A DNA stretch of 64,000 bases from an uncultured Gemmatimonadales bacterium (GCA_963771275.1 CAVYSW010000003.1:1568001-1632000); one strand, 5' to 3'. Shown: positions 1 through 9,821, numbered from the stretch's first letter. Program-made: numbers and translations. Notes: generated by a model from the letters alone, not told the origin.

Positions 1-55
1 GCAATTGCCGCGGCGGCGCCAATCGGGGCGCGCCGCAACGCAACGGTGCGAGACA

Positions 56-2173
56 TCATTCGGCTCCTCGCGTCAAGGTGAGCCCCCGCTCACTCGTGGC
101 GCTGGTCCCCGCCACGTCATCCTGGACGGTCACGACCAGCCGATAGCTGCCTGTGCCCTTGGGCAGCCGCAGCGTCATGACATCGGCGGCATACCCTCCG
201 GCTCCCAACTGCCGCTGGCGCTGCCACGTGATGCTCCCCGTCTCACCTCGGAGCCCGGCAACGCGTCCCAGAACGCGCACTAGTTCTCCGCCGGGGGTCC
301 GCCCGCCCGCCGTCTCCGACAGCCGCACGGTCACCGTGTAGCGCGCCATGGAGTCGGCGGCGACGGTGAGCCCATACGTCTCCCAGTAAATCGTGAGGTC
401 GGACTCCGGCTGCGGGAGCGTGTCCGCGCGACCGACCAGCCGCACGTCGGCCCGCTGGTTCACCTCTCCGGCGTCACCCACCAGATCCGCCAGCAACAGA
501 TCTGACAGCACCAACCCCTCCGGCGACTCCACGTCGAGCTTCGCGCGGAGTTGCGCGGCAGTCCTCGCTCCCTCAGCCATTCCCTCGACGGCCACCTGCA
601 GCGGGCCAGTCACCACTGGCAGCGTGGCCTCATAGGTGACCGATCCCCGCCCCTGCCGCGTCGTGGTTCCCCGATTCACGAGGCGTCCCTGCACACGCTC
701 GTGGACGAACACCCCCACATCCACACGGTCGGTTTCCGGCAGCGCCGGCTCCCAGCCAAACCGCGCATGCACCTCCAGCACTGGGCGGCCCGGACGCGGG
801 AACCGCGTCACGAGTGCGCTCAACGATCCCGCCCGATAGGGGTTGTCATAGCTCGACGGCAGCACCCGGGCCAGCCCGCTGTCCAGCTGCTCAGTCAGGG
901 TGAACCGCTTGTATTCGAACTCGCGCTCTGAGAGGTTCCGCTCGAACACGAAGCTCGGCACCTCCAGGCCGTAGTTGAAGAACGTCCAACGGCCACCACC
1001 CTGGGCAGTGGTGTATTGAGTACCCACCAGCTCCTTGCTCATGTCGCGCACTACCTCCCAGATGTGTACCGGCCAGCCGTACCGGAGCAGCAACTTCCCC
1101 GGGTCGGTGTCCCGCCCCGCGATGCCCTCCGTCGGGTCCGTGAACATGATGTCGGCTAGGGCCAGCCGCGCGTACAATTGCACCCGCCGTTCGTTTTCCG
1201 GCGTCAGGTACAACGGGTCCGACAATTCCCACACCTCCTCGGCGCGCGCCAGATCGACGTTCCGGCTGATGACAGCGAGGCGCTCGAAGACGGGCCGGAG
1301 CGAGTCCGGGATCAGCGAGTCGATGGCGGCGAGGGTCTGGCCGGCTTCTCGGTACGCGGTGTCGTGCACCTGGGCCGCCAGCACGGCGAGCCACGGCGCC
1401 ACCGCCGCTGGGTCGAGTTGGGCCCAACGGCCCGCCAGCGTCGCGAACACGTGCCAATCATTCTCCACGAGCGCGCGCCGCAGCCGCAGCCGCTCCGCAT
1501 CGGCGTGCAAGGGGTCGAGGCGTAGCGCCGAGTCCAGCAGTTGCACGACGGCGCGTCGCTCATCGGCGATCACCGAGGCCAGGCTCGGCGCGTGCAGGAA
1601 CCGCTCATTGAAGAGCCACGGTCGCCTGAAGTTCTCACAGAAATAGCCGTACACGATGCTGCAGTCGGGGGTGCTGACCGGCAACGTCCCCGGGAACTGG
1701 ACGAGATAGTCGAAGTTCCGCAACCAGTCGTCCATCAGCAGTGCTCTACGGTACAGCACCTCCGCGCGGAACGCCGGCGTCGCCTCGGCGCTGTCCGCAA
1801 CCAGGAGCCCCTCCACCCGATTGAGCATGCGTATCGCATCTACGCGGGTTCCCTGTTTCTCCTTTAGTAGTACGTAGGCGTACAGACATTGGACATCGCC
1901 CCCGGGGAGTCCGCGGGCGAACGCCTCGTACGCTTCATAGCGGATCCGCCAGGTCGACTGGTGCATCGTGGCAGTCGAGGTAAGCAACTCGGCCAATGCG
2001 CACCAAGATTCCGGCCTGTCCGTGACCTGTGCTTGCTGGCGCAGGTGCGCGAGCGCAGCCCCCGTATCCGCGCGGGCGAGCAGGAGGGCGGTCGTGGAAT
2101 CCCATTGGGCGGCGGAGGTCGCGGGAACCACGAGGGAACCGAGAACGACCGACAGCGTGAGGCGGAACCGCAT
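56..2173 (-). CDS. GWxTD domain-containing secreted protein with TPR-like N-terminal region
   Basis: Signal peptide MRFRLTLSVVLG...AAQ; 'DPLYLTPENERRVQLYARLALAD...GRDTDPGKLLLRYGWP' resembles the GWxTD signature; C-terminal Ig-like strand 'GSYRLVVTVQD'; GGAGG upstream of ATG 2173. Confidence 0.75.
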   Translation of the reverse strand: MRFRLTLSVVLGSLVVPATSAAQWDSTTALLLARADTGAALAHLRQQAQVTDRPESWCALAELLTSTATMHQSTWRIRYEAYEAFARGLPGGDVQCLYAYVLLKEKQGTRVDAIRMLNRVEGLLVADSAEATPAFRAEVLYRRALLMDDWLRNFDYLVQFPGTLPVSTPDCSIVYGYFCENFRRPWLFNERFLHAPSLASVIADERRAVVQLLDSALRLDPLHADAERLRLRRALVENDWHVFATLAGRWAQLDPAAVAPWLAVLAAQVHDTAYREAGQTLAAIDSLIPDSLRPVFERLAVISRNVDLARAEEVWELSDPLYLTPENERRVQLYARLALADIMFTDPTEGIAGRDTDPGKLLLRYGWPVHIWEVVRDMSKELVGTQYTTAQGGGRWTFFNYGLEVPSFVFERNLSEREFEYKRFTLTEQLDSGLARVLPSSYDNPYRAGSLSALVTRFPRPGRPVLEVHARFGWEPALPETDRVDVGVFVHERVQGRLVNRGTTTRQGRGSVTYEATLPVVTGPLQVAVEGMAEGARTAAQLRAKLDVESPEGLVLSDLLLADLVGDAGEVNQRADVRLVGRADTLPQPESDLTIYWETYGLTVAADSMARYTVTVRLSETAGGRTPGGELVRVLGRVAGLRGETGSITWQRQRQLGAGGYAADVMTLRLPKGTGSYRLVVTVQDDVAGTSATSERGLTLTRGAE

Positions 2174-2305
2174 AGGACCTCCCACGGGAACGAACCCGGG
2201 GCACGTAGTCCTCCCGCACCCAAGCTACGGAGTGACCGCGGTGGCGCAATTGCTACCAGAAGTAGGGTATGCCGCAGTCGGGATTCCGCCGACCCGGCGG
2301 GTCGA

Positions 2306-2335
2306 TGTCGATTCCGGGGAGCCTCGTTCGACGTC
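2306..2335 (+). promoter_or_regulatory. Putative ECF42 sigma-dependent promoter (TGTCGA-N17-CGAC)
   Basis: TGTCGA 2306-2311, 17-bp spacer, CGAC 2329-2332, upstream of a YciI gene; near-identical to the motif at 4278-4307. Confidence 0.75.
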
Positions 2336-2409
2336 CAGGGTAGAGGATGATTCAGCCGGGACCCAGCCATAGCCCGGCTCCGCACCCTAAACCACGAGGA
2401 GACACGACG

Positions 2410-2829
2410 ATGCGGTTCATGGTGATGGTCCCCGCCAACCAGGAATCCGAGGCCGGCGTCCTGCCGGACGCCAAGATTCTGGCCGAGATGGGGAAGTTCA
2501 ACGAGGAGATGGTGAAAGCCGGCGTGATGCTGGCGGGCGAAGGGCTGCACGCCAGCTCGAAGGGGGCGCGCCTCAAGTTCTCGGGCGGGAAGACCACGGT
2601 GATCGACGGGCCCTTCACCGAGTCCAAGGAGATGATCGCCGGCTTCTGGCTGATCCAGGTGAAGTCGAAGGAAGAGGCGATCGCGTGGATGAAGCGCGCC
2701 CCGTTCGGGGACGGGGTCGTGCTGGAGATTCGGCAGGTGTTCGAGGCCGAGGACTTCGGTCCCGCGTTTACGGCCGAGCTCCGCAAGCAGGAAGAGAGCC
2801 AGCGGGCCCGGATCGCGAAGCAGCGGTAA
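2410..2829 (+). CDS. YciI/DGPF family protein
   Basis: MRFMVMV... with 'VIDGPFTESKEMIAGFW'; GAGGAG RBS. Confidence 0.92.
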   Translation: MRFMVMVPANQESEAGVLPDAKILAEMGKFNEEMVKAGVMLAGEGLHASSKGARLKFSGGKTTVIDGPFTESKEMIAGFWLIQVKSKEEAIAWMKRAPFGDGVVLEIRQVFEAEDFGPAFTAELRKQEESQRARIAKQR

Positions 2830-2901
2830 CGCCATCCCCCAGCCGCCGCTGAGCGTGAATCGGCCGTTTTCGTTCCACGTGACCACCGAGGAGCATTCCG
2901 C

Positions 2902-3375
2902 ATGCAGAAGATCACGACATTCCTGACGTTCAATGACCAGGCGGAAGAGGCGGCCAAGCTCTATACGTCGCTGTTCAAGAACTCGAAGATCGTGAGCACG
3001 ACGCGCTACGGCGAGGGCGGGCCCGGACCGAAGGGGTCGGTCATGTCCGTGACCTTCCAGCTCGCCGGGCAGGATTTCTTCGCGCTGAACGGCGGCCCGT
3101 CGTTCAAGTTCGCGGAGGGGATATCCCTCTTCGTGAATTGCGAGACGCAGGCGGAAGTGGACGACTTCTGGGAGAAGCTCTCCGCCGGCGGAAAGCAGGG
3201 ACCGTGTGGCTGGCTCACGGACCAGTTCGGGGTGTCGTGGCAGATCGTCCCGTCGGTGCTGGGCAAGTACCTGGGCGACAAGGATGCCGCCAAGGCGAAG
3301 CGCGTCATGCAGGCCATGCTCCAGATGACCAAGCTCGACATCGAGGGCCTTGAGGACGCCTACGAGGGCCGGTAG
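2902..3375 (+). CDS. VOC/PhnB-like (3-demethylubiquinone-9 3-methyltransferase family) protein
   Basis: 'MQKITTFLTF', 'ALNGGP', 'CGWLTDQFGVSWQI', 'AMLQMTKLDI'. Confidence 0.92.
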   Translation: MQKITTFLTFNDQAEEAAKLYTSLFKNSKIVSTTRYGEGGPGPKGSVMSVTFQLAGQDFFALNGGPSFKFAEGISLFVNCETQAEVDDFWEKLSAGGKQGPCGWLTDQFGVSWQIVPSVLGKYLGDKDAAKAKRVMQAMLQMTKLDIEGLEDAYEGR

Positions 3376-3409
3376 TCCGGCACCGGCCCTCGCTGCATGT
3401 TCGCTACCG

Positions 3410-3901
3410 TCAACCGAGCTGCCCCAGCACTCGGTCGAGGGCGGCGTAGCTCTGGCTGAGGCCCTGCTCCATGCCGGACTTCAGCATGCCATCGCGCTCT
3501 TCGGTGGTGTGGAATAGCGACGTGTTGACGACCTTCGTGCGGCCGTCGCCGAGGTCCTCGAGCGTCACGGTCTCGACCACCACGTGGCCCGGCATGCCGT
3601 CCCACTCGAAGGTCTGCACGATGCGCGTAGGCGGCGTCACCTCGCGGTAGCGCCCCTCGAAGCCGTGGACGCCGTCCGGACCGTGCTCGACGAAACGCCA
3701 GTGACCGCCGCGCGCGACCTCCATCCGCTCGATCACGAGCTTGTTGCCGCGCCCCCACCACTGCGCGATCAGGTCGGGGTCGGTGAACGCCCGCCATACC
3801 CGCTCGCGGGGCGCGTCAAACACGCGCTCGATGCGAATCTCGCGATCGCTCGGCGTGGTCAGCTGCGAAGTGCCGGCGGGCTCCTTCCTGGGCGTGCTCA
3901 T
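3410..3901 (-). CDS. SRPBCC/AHSA1 domain protein
   Basis: 'REIRIERVFDAPRERVWRAFTDPDLIAQWW', 'SGMEQG'; ATGA overlap with the ArsR gene. Confidence 0.9.
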   Translation of the reverse strand: MSTPRKEPAGTSQLTTPSDREIRIERVFDAPRERVWRAFTDPDLIAQWWGRGNKLVIERMEVARGGHWRFVEHGPDGVHGFEGRYREVTPPTRIVQTFEWDGMPGHVVVETVTLEDLGDGRTKVVNTSLFHTTEERDGMLKSGMEQGLSQSYAALDRVLGQLG

Positions 3902-4236
3902 GGATGGCTTCCTTTCGTGCGCTCGAGGAACTCGCCGAGCCGGTCGAGGCGCGCTTCCAGCATCCGCTGGTATTTCGCGATCCAGGCGGTCTCGTCCGTC
4001 AGCCGGCCCGGGCCCAGCCGGCAATGTCGCACCCGGCCCACCTTCTCCGTCGTGGCCAGTCCCGCCCCTTCGAGGATCCGCACGTGCTTCTTCATGCCCG
4101 TGAGGGTCATCCGAAAGTCCGCGGCGAGGTCGCTGATTGAGGCGTCCCCGCGTCCCAGCCGCTCGAGGACCCCGCGCCGCGTACCGTCCGACAGGGCCGC
4201 GAACGCCGTATCGAGCCCCGGTTTATACTGAACCAT
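3898..4236 (-). CDS. ArsR/SmtB family transcriptional regulator
   Basis: 'LDTAFAALSDGTRRGVLERL...KHVRILEGAGL...KVGRVR'. Confidence 0.9.
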   Translation of the reverse strand: MVQYKPGLDTAFAALSDGTRRGVLERLGRGDASISDLAADFRMTLTGMKKHVRILEGAGLATTEKVGRVRHCRLGPGRLTDETAWIAKYQRMLEARLDRLGEFLERTKGSHP

Positions 4237-4249
4237 ATGGTTCAGTATA
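4224..4249. promoter_or_regulatory. Perfect 26-bp palindrome, probable ArsR operator
   Basis: TATACTGAACCATATGGTTCAGTATA overlapping the ArsR start codon. Confidence 0.8.
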
Positions 4250-4277
4250 GCGCCTATCAGTCGGTCCCGCAAGCCCA

Positions 4278-4307
4278 TGTCGATTCTCGAACGGCTCATT
4301 CGACGTC
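4278..4307 (+). promoter_or_regulatory. Putative ECF42 sigma-dependent promoter (TGTCGA-N17-CGAC)
   Basis: TGTCGA 4278-4283, 17-bp spacer, CGAC 4301-4304; upstream of the doxX-yciI-sigma operon. Confidence 0.75.
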
Positions 4308-4384
4308 CTGGTAGAGCCGGAGATGGACCCAGGTCGTAATCAACCGACACCGGCGGGACCTCGAACCGAGAAGGAGACGCGACC

Positions 4385-4849
4385 ATGCCATCCATCACCC
4401 CCTCCCGCGAGCGGCGGAACATCAGACCGGGCAACGTGTTGCTGTGGATCGCCCAGGGGCTACTGGCGGCGCTGTTTCTGTTCGCCGGTGTGGTGAAGCT
4501 CAGCATGCCGATCCAGGTCCTGGCCCAGCAGACGGAGCTCCCGGGCGCTTTCATGCGGTTCATCGCTGTGGCCGAAGTCTTGGGCGCGTTCGGCCTGGTT
4601 CTCCCAGGTCTGCTCCGCGTCAAGCGGGGCCTCACGCCGCTCGCCGCGGCCGGTCTCGCGATCGTCATGGTCGGCGCCGTCCTTGTGACGGTCGCCATGC
4701 ACGGCGCGGCGCCGGCCATGTTCCCGCTGGTGGTCGGGATCGTGCTGGCCTCGATCGTTCGAGGGCGGCGGGCATGGCTACGCGGGGCCGAATCCTCTCC
4801 GCGTCCGGAGCGGGTGCTCTCGGCTCAAGGAGCTTCGATCGCCGCGTAG
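4385..4849 (+). CDS. DoxX-like family membrane protein
   Basis: 'LWIAQGLLAALFLFAGVVKL', 'AEVLGAFGLVLP', 'LTPLAAAGL'; AAGGAG RBS. Confidence 0.85.
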   Translation: MPSITPSRERRNIRPGNVLLWIAQGLLAALFLFAGVVKLSMPIQVLAQQTELPGAFMRFIAVAEVLGAFGLVLPGLLRVKRGLTPLAAAGLAIVMVGAVLVTVAMHGAAPAMFPLVVGIVLASIVRGRRAWLRGAESSPRPERVLSAQGASIAA

Positions 4850-4921
4850 GGTAGACGATAGCTCAGCCGGCACCCCAGTCCCGAGCTGGCTGCGCACCAC
4901 CATCGGAAGAGGGAGACGACG

Positions 4922-5302
4922 ATGCGGTTCATGACGCTGGTCAAAGGCTTCGAGGGGGTGGGCGCGCCGCCCCAGGCCCTGATGGACGCGGTCGCAAAGC
5001 TCGCGGAAGAAGCGGCGGAGCGCGGCACCCTGATCGAGACGGGTGGCCTCTTTCCCCTGGCGGCCGGGGCACGCGTCCGGCTCTCCGGCGGGAAGATCAC
5101 GGTGACCGACGGGCCGTTCGCCGAGGCCAAGGAGGTGGTCGGTGGCTACGCCGTGTTCGAGGTGTCCTCAAAGCAGGAGATGATCGAGGGAGCAGTGCGC
5201 TTCATGGAGCTACACCAGCGGCACTGGCCGGGCTGGGAGGGCGAGACGGAGATCCGCGAGATGACACCGATGCCGGCTCATTCGGCCGAGGTCGGACGGT
5301 AG
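4922..5302 (+). CDS. YciI/DGPF family protein
   Basis: 'VTDGPFAEAKEVVGGYA'. Confidence 0.92.
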   Translation: MRFMTLVKGFEGVGAPPQALMDAVAKLAEEAAERGTLIETGGLFPLAAGARVRLSGGKITVTDGPFAEAKEVVGGYAVFEVSSKQEMIEGAVRFMELHQRHWPGWEGETEIREMTPMPAHSAEVGR

Positions 5303-5303
5303 C

Positions 5304-6566
5304 GTGGACTCTGGGGCCCACCGCGCGATCGAGGCGGTCTGGCGGATCGAGTCCGCCAGACTGATCGCGGGGCTCGCCCGCCTAGTAGGCGACGTGGGAT
5401 TGGCCGAGGACCTGGCCCAGGACGCGCTCGTCGCGGCGCTCGAGCGGTGGCCTGAATCGGGCGTCCCCGACAATCCGGGAGGCTGGCTCATGGCGACGGC
5501 CAAGCACCGCGCGATCGACCTGATCCGGCGCGACAAGATGCTCGAGCGCAAGCACGCGCAGTTGGGGAGCGAGCTCGAGGCGCGGGAGCGCGACGTACCA
5601 GACTTCGCCGCCGCGATCGACGACGACATCGGCGACGATCTGCTGCGCCTCATCTTCACGGCGTGCCATCCGGTGCTCGCCACCGAGGCCCGCGTGGCCC
5701 TCACGCTCCGCCTGCTGGGCGGGCTCACGACGGAAGAGATCGCGCGGGCCTTCCTGGTTCCGGTGGCGACGGTCCAGCAGCGCATCGTGCGGGCCAAGCG
5801 CACGCTCCGCGAGGCGCGCGTGCCGTTCGAGGTGCCGCGCGAGGCGGAGCGCGCCGCGCGGCTGGGGTCGGTGCTGGAGGTCATCTACCTGATCTTCAAC
5901 GAGGGCTACTCGGCCACCGCTGGCGAGGACTGGGTGCGACCGGTCCTGTGCGAGGACGCGCTCCGGCTCGGTCGCATTCTGGCCGGGCTCGCGCCCGAGG
6001 AGCCGGAGGTGCACGGCCTGGTGGCGCTGATGGAGATCCAGGCGTCGCGACTGCGGGCGCGGGTCGGCCCGGCGGGGGAGCCGATCCTGCTGCTCGACCA
6101 GGATCGCGGCCGCTGGGATCGGCTGCTGATCGGCCGCGGGCTCGCGGCGCTGGAGCGGGTCGCGGCACTGGGCGGCGCGCTCGGACCCTATGCTCTGCAA
6201 GCCGAGATCGCGGCATGCCACGCCCGGGCGCTCACGCCGGAGGAAACCGACTGGACCCGCATCACCGCGCTGTACGATGCGCTCGGCCAGCTCGCGCCGT
6301 CACCGGTCGTGGAGCTGAACCGGGCGGTGGCGCACGCGATGGCGTTCGGGCCGGCGGCGGGGCTCGAGATCCTCGATCCTCTCACGGCCGAGCCGTCCCT
6401 GGAGCACTACCACCTGCTCCCGAGCGTGCGCGGCGACTTCCTCTACAAGCTCGGCCGGTTCGACGAGGCCCGTACGGCATTCGAGCGGGCGGCGGCGCTC
6501 ACGCGCAACACCCCCGAGCGCGAGCTCCTCCTGCGGCGGGCCGCCGCCTGCTCACCGCCGGCCTGA
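5304..6566 (+). CDS. ECF42-type RNA polymerase sigma factor with C-terminal DUF6596/TPR extension
   Basis: Region 2 'AEDLAQDALVAALERW', 'LRLIFTACHP', region 4 'EIARAFLV..TVQQRIVRAK', 'YLIFNEGY', 'PVVELNRAVA'; 420 aa, directly after a DGPF gene. Confidence 0.92.
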   Translation: MDSGAHRAIEAVWRIESARLIAGLARLVGDVGLAEDLAQDALVAALERWPESGVPDNPGGWLMATAKHRAIDLIRRDKMLERKHAQLGSELEARERDVPDFAAAIDDDIGDDLLRLIFTACHPVLATEARVALTLRLLGGLTTEEIARAFLVPVATVQQRIVRAKRTLREARVPFEVPREAERAARLGSVLEVIYLIFNEGYSATAGEDWVRPVLCEDALRLGRILAGLAPEEPEVHGLVALMEIQASRLRARVGPAGEPILLLDQDRGRWDRLLIGRGLAALERVAALGGALGPYALQAEIAACHARALTPEETDWTRITALYDALGQLAPSPVVELNRAVAHAMAFGPAAGLEILDPLTAEPSLEHYHLLPSVRGDFLYKLGRFDEARTAFERAAALTRNTPERELLLRRAAACSPPA

Positions 6567-6728
6567 CGACGAGACGCGCAACACGTTCCCCCGCAGCGCA
6601 CGGGCTGAAGGCGAGCCGCCGCAGCCCCATCGCACTGGCCCGCGCGAGCGCAGGCCTGCATCATTAGCAGGAGCCGGCCGTGCCCGCCAATGGAACGCAG
6701 TGGGGGGCTCGGGCGGGGGGAGGGAGCT

Positions 6729-7103
6729 ATGCATCGCGGATCGGGGTTCCTGATCGCCGCGCTGTTGTTGACGAGTTCCGCCTGCGCGCACCGCGGCGGG
6801 GCGTCCGCCGGCGCACCGAGGCCGGCTGCCGCGGTGCGGCTCGAGGTGACCAACAACAACGGCATGGTCATGGAGATCTTCATCGTCGCGTCCGGGGCGT
6901 CTCGCCGGATGGGCATGGTGGCTCCGGGGACGGTCGGTCACTTCGTGGTCCCCCAGAGCATGCTGGGCAATGGCCCGATCGAGGTCGAGGCGATGGCACC
7001 GGCCCAGATGATCCGGTCGGGGCGGCTCCTGCTCGCGGCAGGTCAGACCATCGACTTCAAGATCGGGACTACCCAGGTCAACAGCACGGCCACGGTGTGG
7101 TAG
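6729..7103 (+). CDS. Small predicted lipoprotein, unknown function
   Basis: Signal peptide ending in 'SSAC'; beta-rich mature part 'VRLEVTNNN'; GGGAG RBS. Confidence 0.7.
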   Translation: MHRGSGFLIAALLLTSSACAHRGGASAGAPRPAAAVRLEVTNNNGMVMEIFIVASGASRRMGMVAPGTVGHFVVPQSMLGNGPIEVEAMAPAQMIRSGRLLLAAGQTIDFKIGTTQVNSTATVW

Positions 7104-7170
7104 CCGCCGGTTCGTTGGGCCGGTTTCGTGCCGCGGCGCGGTGCCGCGCGGGCGTGGCTGGCCCGGCGGT

Positions 7171-9798
7171 CTACATTCCGGTCCGGCCGGGCGGAGTGAA
7201 GACCAGCGTGATCGCCTCGACCTCGACGCCGTAGCTGCCCGGCGTCACCGACACGCCGGTTACGCCCCGCAGCGAAAGCTGGAGCCGCTCGACCCGGTCG
7301 AGCCGTGGCCTGTCTCCACTGGCGCCGCGCCCCGCCGCGGGTCCCAGCCAGTAGTTCCACTCGCCGGGGAAGCCTTCCGGCAGCATGACGCTCCGGGCAA
7401 TTCCGAAGGCCGTGAGGGGGAGCGAGCGCTCTCCCCAGGTGCTGTCCACGGTGAGCGCGGTGCTCCAGCTGGTGCCGTCGTCCTCCACGAGCGTGACGTG
7501 CAGCACCTGTCGAGGTCCGAGGCCCCGGAGCCGCACCCTCAGCTCGTCGGCGCCTGTGATCGCCTCCCCGCGGGCTTGGACGCGGTCCTTGATCACGAGC
7601 GAAGTCGTGTAGTCGGGCAGCGCCTCGCCGCTCGCGCTCACGGGCAATTCGAGGTGGAAGACCGACCGGCCGGTGGCGGCGGAGAAGCCCAGGCGGAAGA
7701 GCCCGCGGCGTCCCGCGTCGCCGATGCGGGTGAACGCCAGGCGCCCCGCGTCCTCGGCGGGCTCGAACAGCACGAGTGGCGTGTGGGGCCGGATCACATC
7801 CAGCGTCCAGGAGGCCCTGCCGTAGTAGTCCCAGTCGGTGGGCTGCAGGTGGAGTCCCTCGGGGAACGTGATGGCGGAGTCCCCGCGGAACAGCGTGATC
7901 ACGTACCGGTACGGCCCCTCGCGGAGCGCCGCTGCCGGAACGGACGCGGCGAACACGTAGCCGCGAGCGGGCCGCAGGGCAAAGCCGCGGTAGAACCCGC
8001 CGGCCGCGGGCCTCATGAAGAGCTTCGCCGAGTCGGGCGGTGTCGTGTCCACGATGCGGGCCTCGATCTCGGCGTCCTTTCCGCCAAGATACTGGGGCGC
8101 GGCCAGGGACTCGACGGACGGCGGCAGCGAATCGAGCGGAGGCGCATGGTACTCGCCAAAGCCCAAGCCACCCACGTATGCCGGCAGCGTGGCCACGTCC
8201 ACGGGTCCGGCGGCGCTCAGCACGTACACCCCAGGTGTGACGGTGAACCGGCCGGCTGCTGCCCGCTCCGTCCTGGGGTTGCCGGCCGTGATCGGCTGCG
8301 CGGAGAATGCGGGCCCGAGGTCCGGGAGTACCAGCGTCATGGGCCAGGCGCGGCTGATCGCGCGCGTCACGATCTTGTCAGGATTGGGGGGCTCGAAGGG
8401 ATCGCGCACGGGTACCGCGTCCGGGTAGACCTCGAGCCGCCAGACGCCGGGTCGCACCCGGTCCAGGAAGTAGATCCCCTCGCCTTCGTAGGTCACGACG
8501 GGCGACGAGCCGTAGCCGGCAATGCGTGTGAGCGTGGCCGGGTCCGGGGGCGTGGAGCGCGTGGAGCCCGCGTAGAGGAACGCGTCGCGGGCCACCAGCT
8601 CGCCCACGTCGCCGTCGTAGGAAACGTGGAAGTCGCCGAACCGCGTATTCGCAGGATAGGGTCCGTACGAGCGCATGCGGGGCAGGCGACGCATCGCCTC
8701 GGCCGCGATGACGGCGCTCATCGCCTTGCGCGGCGTGTAGACCAGGTTCAGGTAATGGGTCTGCCAGCCCAGGTTCCGCGAGGCGGTTGCCAGCATGTCG
8801 TAGGCGAACATCGCGACGAACTGCGCGCCAACCGCCCGGAACGTGCGAGCCATGGCGGGATACATGTACCCGGTGCGCAGGTCCGGCGAGTCGAACTCGT
8901 AGACGATGCGCGGCATGCGGGCCAGCTCGGGGCGCAGCATGTCGGGGAAGGCGTCGACCGTCCGGAGGTAGTTGCCTTCCAGCTCGTGACCGGCGTTGAG
9001 GCCGGTGGGATACCAGGCGAACGTGACGCCCTGGGCCCGTGAGCGCCGGATCGCTTCGCCGATCCGGAAGTCCTGGCTCACGTTGTGGAAGACGAGCTTC
9101 GTGCACCCCGTGCTGCGCACCGCGTCGGCGAGCGCGTCGATGTAGCGGATCGAGCCTTCGAGGTCTTCCGGATGATGCCACGGCTCGTTCACCAGCTCGA
9201 TGAACAGGATGGCCGGCTCGTCCTTGAGCGCCACCCCCGTATAGGGATTCACGTGATCCAGGATCTGCTTGAGGTAGTTCACCTGCGCTGCGATGGCGGC
9301 CGGATCGGTGCCCATGCGCGCCTTGCCGAAGTGGCGGCCGAAGCCCGGATCGGTCGTGTCCTCGAGCGCGTCCGGCCAGTTCGCACCGTAGAGCTGGATG
9401 GGGCTGAACAGCAGGTAGATCCCGCGCGCCCGCGCGCGGGCGATGAGATAGTCCTGCAGGTCCAGGTGATCGTTGGCGATCAGGTTGCCGGCGCTGTCGG
9501 ACGCTTCCCAGTCGCCCCAGAAGGTGAGCCGCAGGCCGTCCCAGCCCATGCGGGCGAACTGCGCCATGTCCTCATCGATCATCTGCTTGCGATCGGCATG
9601 GAGGTACCCGGCCGCGCGGTAGTCGGAGGCCGTGGGCAGCACGTAGTTCGCGCCGAACAGGGTGACCTCCTCGCGGTTGTCCCGCCACCGTACGACGCCC
9701 CGGTCGTCGAGGTAGACGGCCCGCGTGGCGGGCGCGGGCTGAGCGAGCGCCGCCGGGGACGAGGCGGCGAGCCAAGCCACGATGGCGAGACCGAGCAT
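7171..9798 (-). CDS. Secreted clan GH-A (GH5-like) glycoside hydrolase with C-terminal CBM/CIA30-like domain
   Basis: Signal peptide; 'FIELVNEP' acid/base motif; 'IVYEFD' candidate nucleophile; C-terminal beta-sandwich 'VTLVEDDGTSW...LQLSL'. Confidence 0.7.
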   Translation of the reverse strand: MLGLAIVAWLAASSPAALAQPAPATRAVYLDDRGVVRWRDNREEVTLFGANYVLPTASDYRAAGYLHADRKQMIDEDMAQFARMGWDGLRLTFWGDWEASDSAGNLIANDHLDLQDYLIARARARGIYLLFSPIQLYGANWPDALEDTTDPGFGRHFGKARMGTDPAAIAAQVNYLKQILDHVNPYTGVALKDEPAILFIELVNEPWHHPEDLEGSIRYIDALADAVRSTGCTKLVFHNVSQDFRIGEAIRRSRAQGVTFAWYPTGLNAGHELEGNYLRTVDAFPDMLRPELARMPRIVYEFDSPDLRTGYMYPAMARTFRAVGAQFVAMFAYDMLATASRNLGWQTHYLNLVYTPRKAMSAVIAAEAMRRLPRMRSYGPYPANTRFGDFHVSYDGDVGELVARDAFLYAGSTRSTPPDPATLTRIAGYGSSPVVTYEGEGIYFLDRVRPGVWRLEVYPDAVPVRDPFEPPNPDKIVTRAISRAWPMTLVLPDLGPAFSAQPITAGNPRTERAAAGRFTVTPGVYVLSAAGPVDVATLPAYVGGLGFGEYHAPPLDSLPPSVESLAAPQYLGGKDAEIEARIVDTTPPDSAKLFMRPAAGGFYRGFALRPARGYVFAASVPAAALREGPYRYVITLFRGDSAITFPEGLHLQPTDWDYYGRASWTLDVIRPHTPLVLFEPAEDAGRLAFTRIGDAGRRGLFRLGFSAATGRSVFHLELPVSASGEALPDYTTSLVIKDRVQARGEAITGADELRVRLRGLGPRQVLHVTLVEDDGTSWSTALTVDSTWGERSLPLTAFGIARSVMLPEGFPGEWNYWLGPAAGRGASGDRPRLDRVERLQLSLRGVTGVSVTPGSYGVEVEAITLVFTPPGRTGM

Positions 9799-9821
9799 GG
9801 CACGCACTTGAAGGCTCCTTC

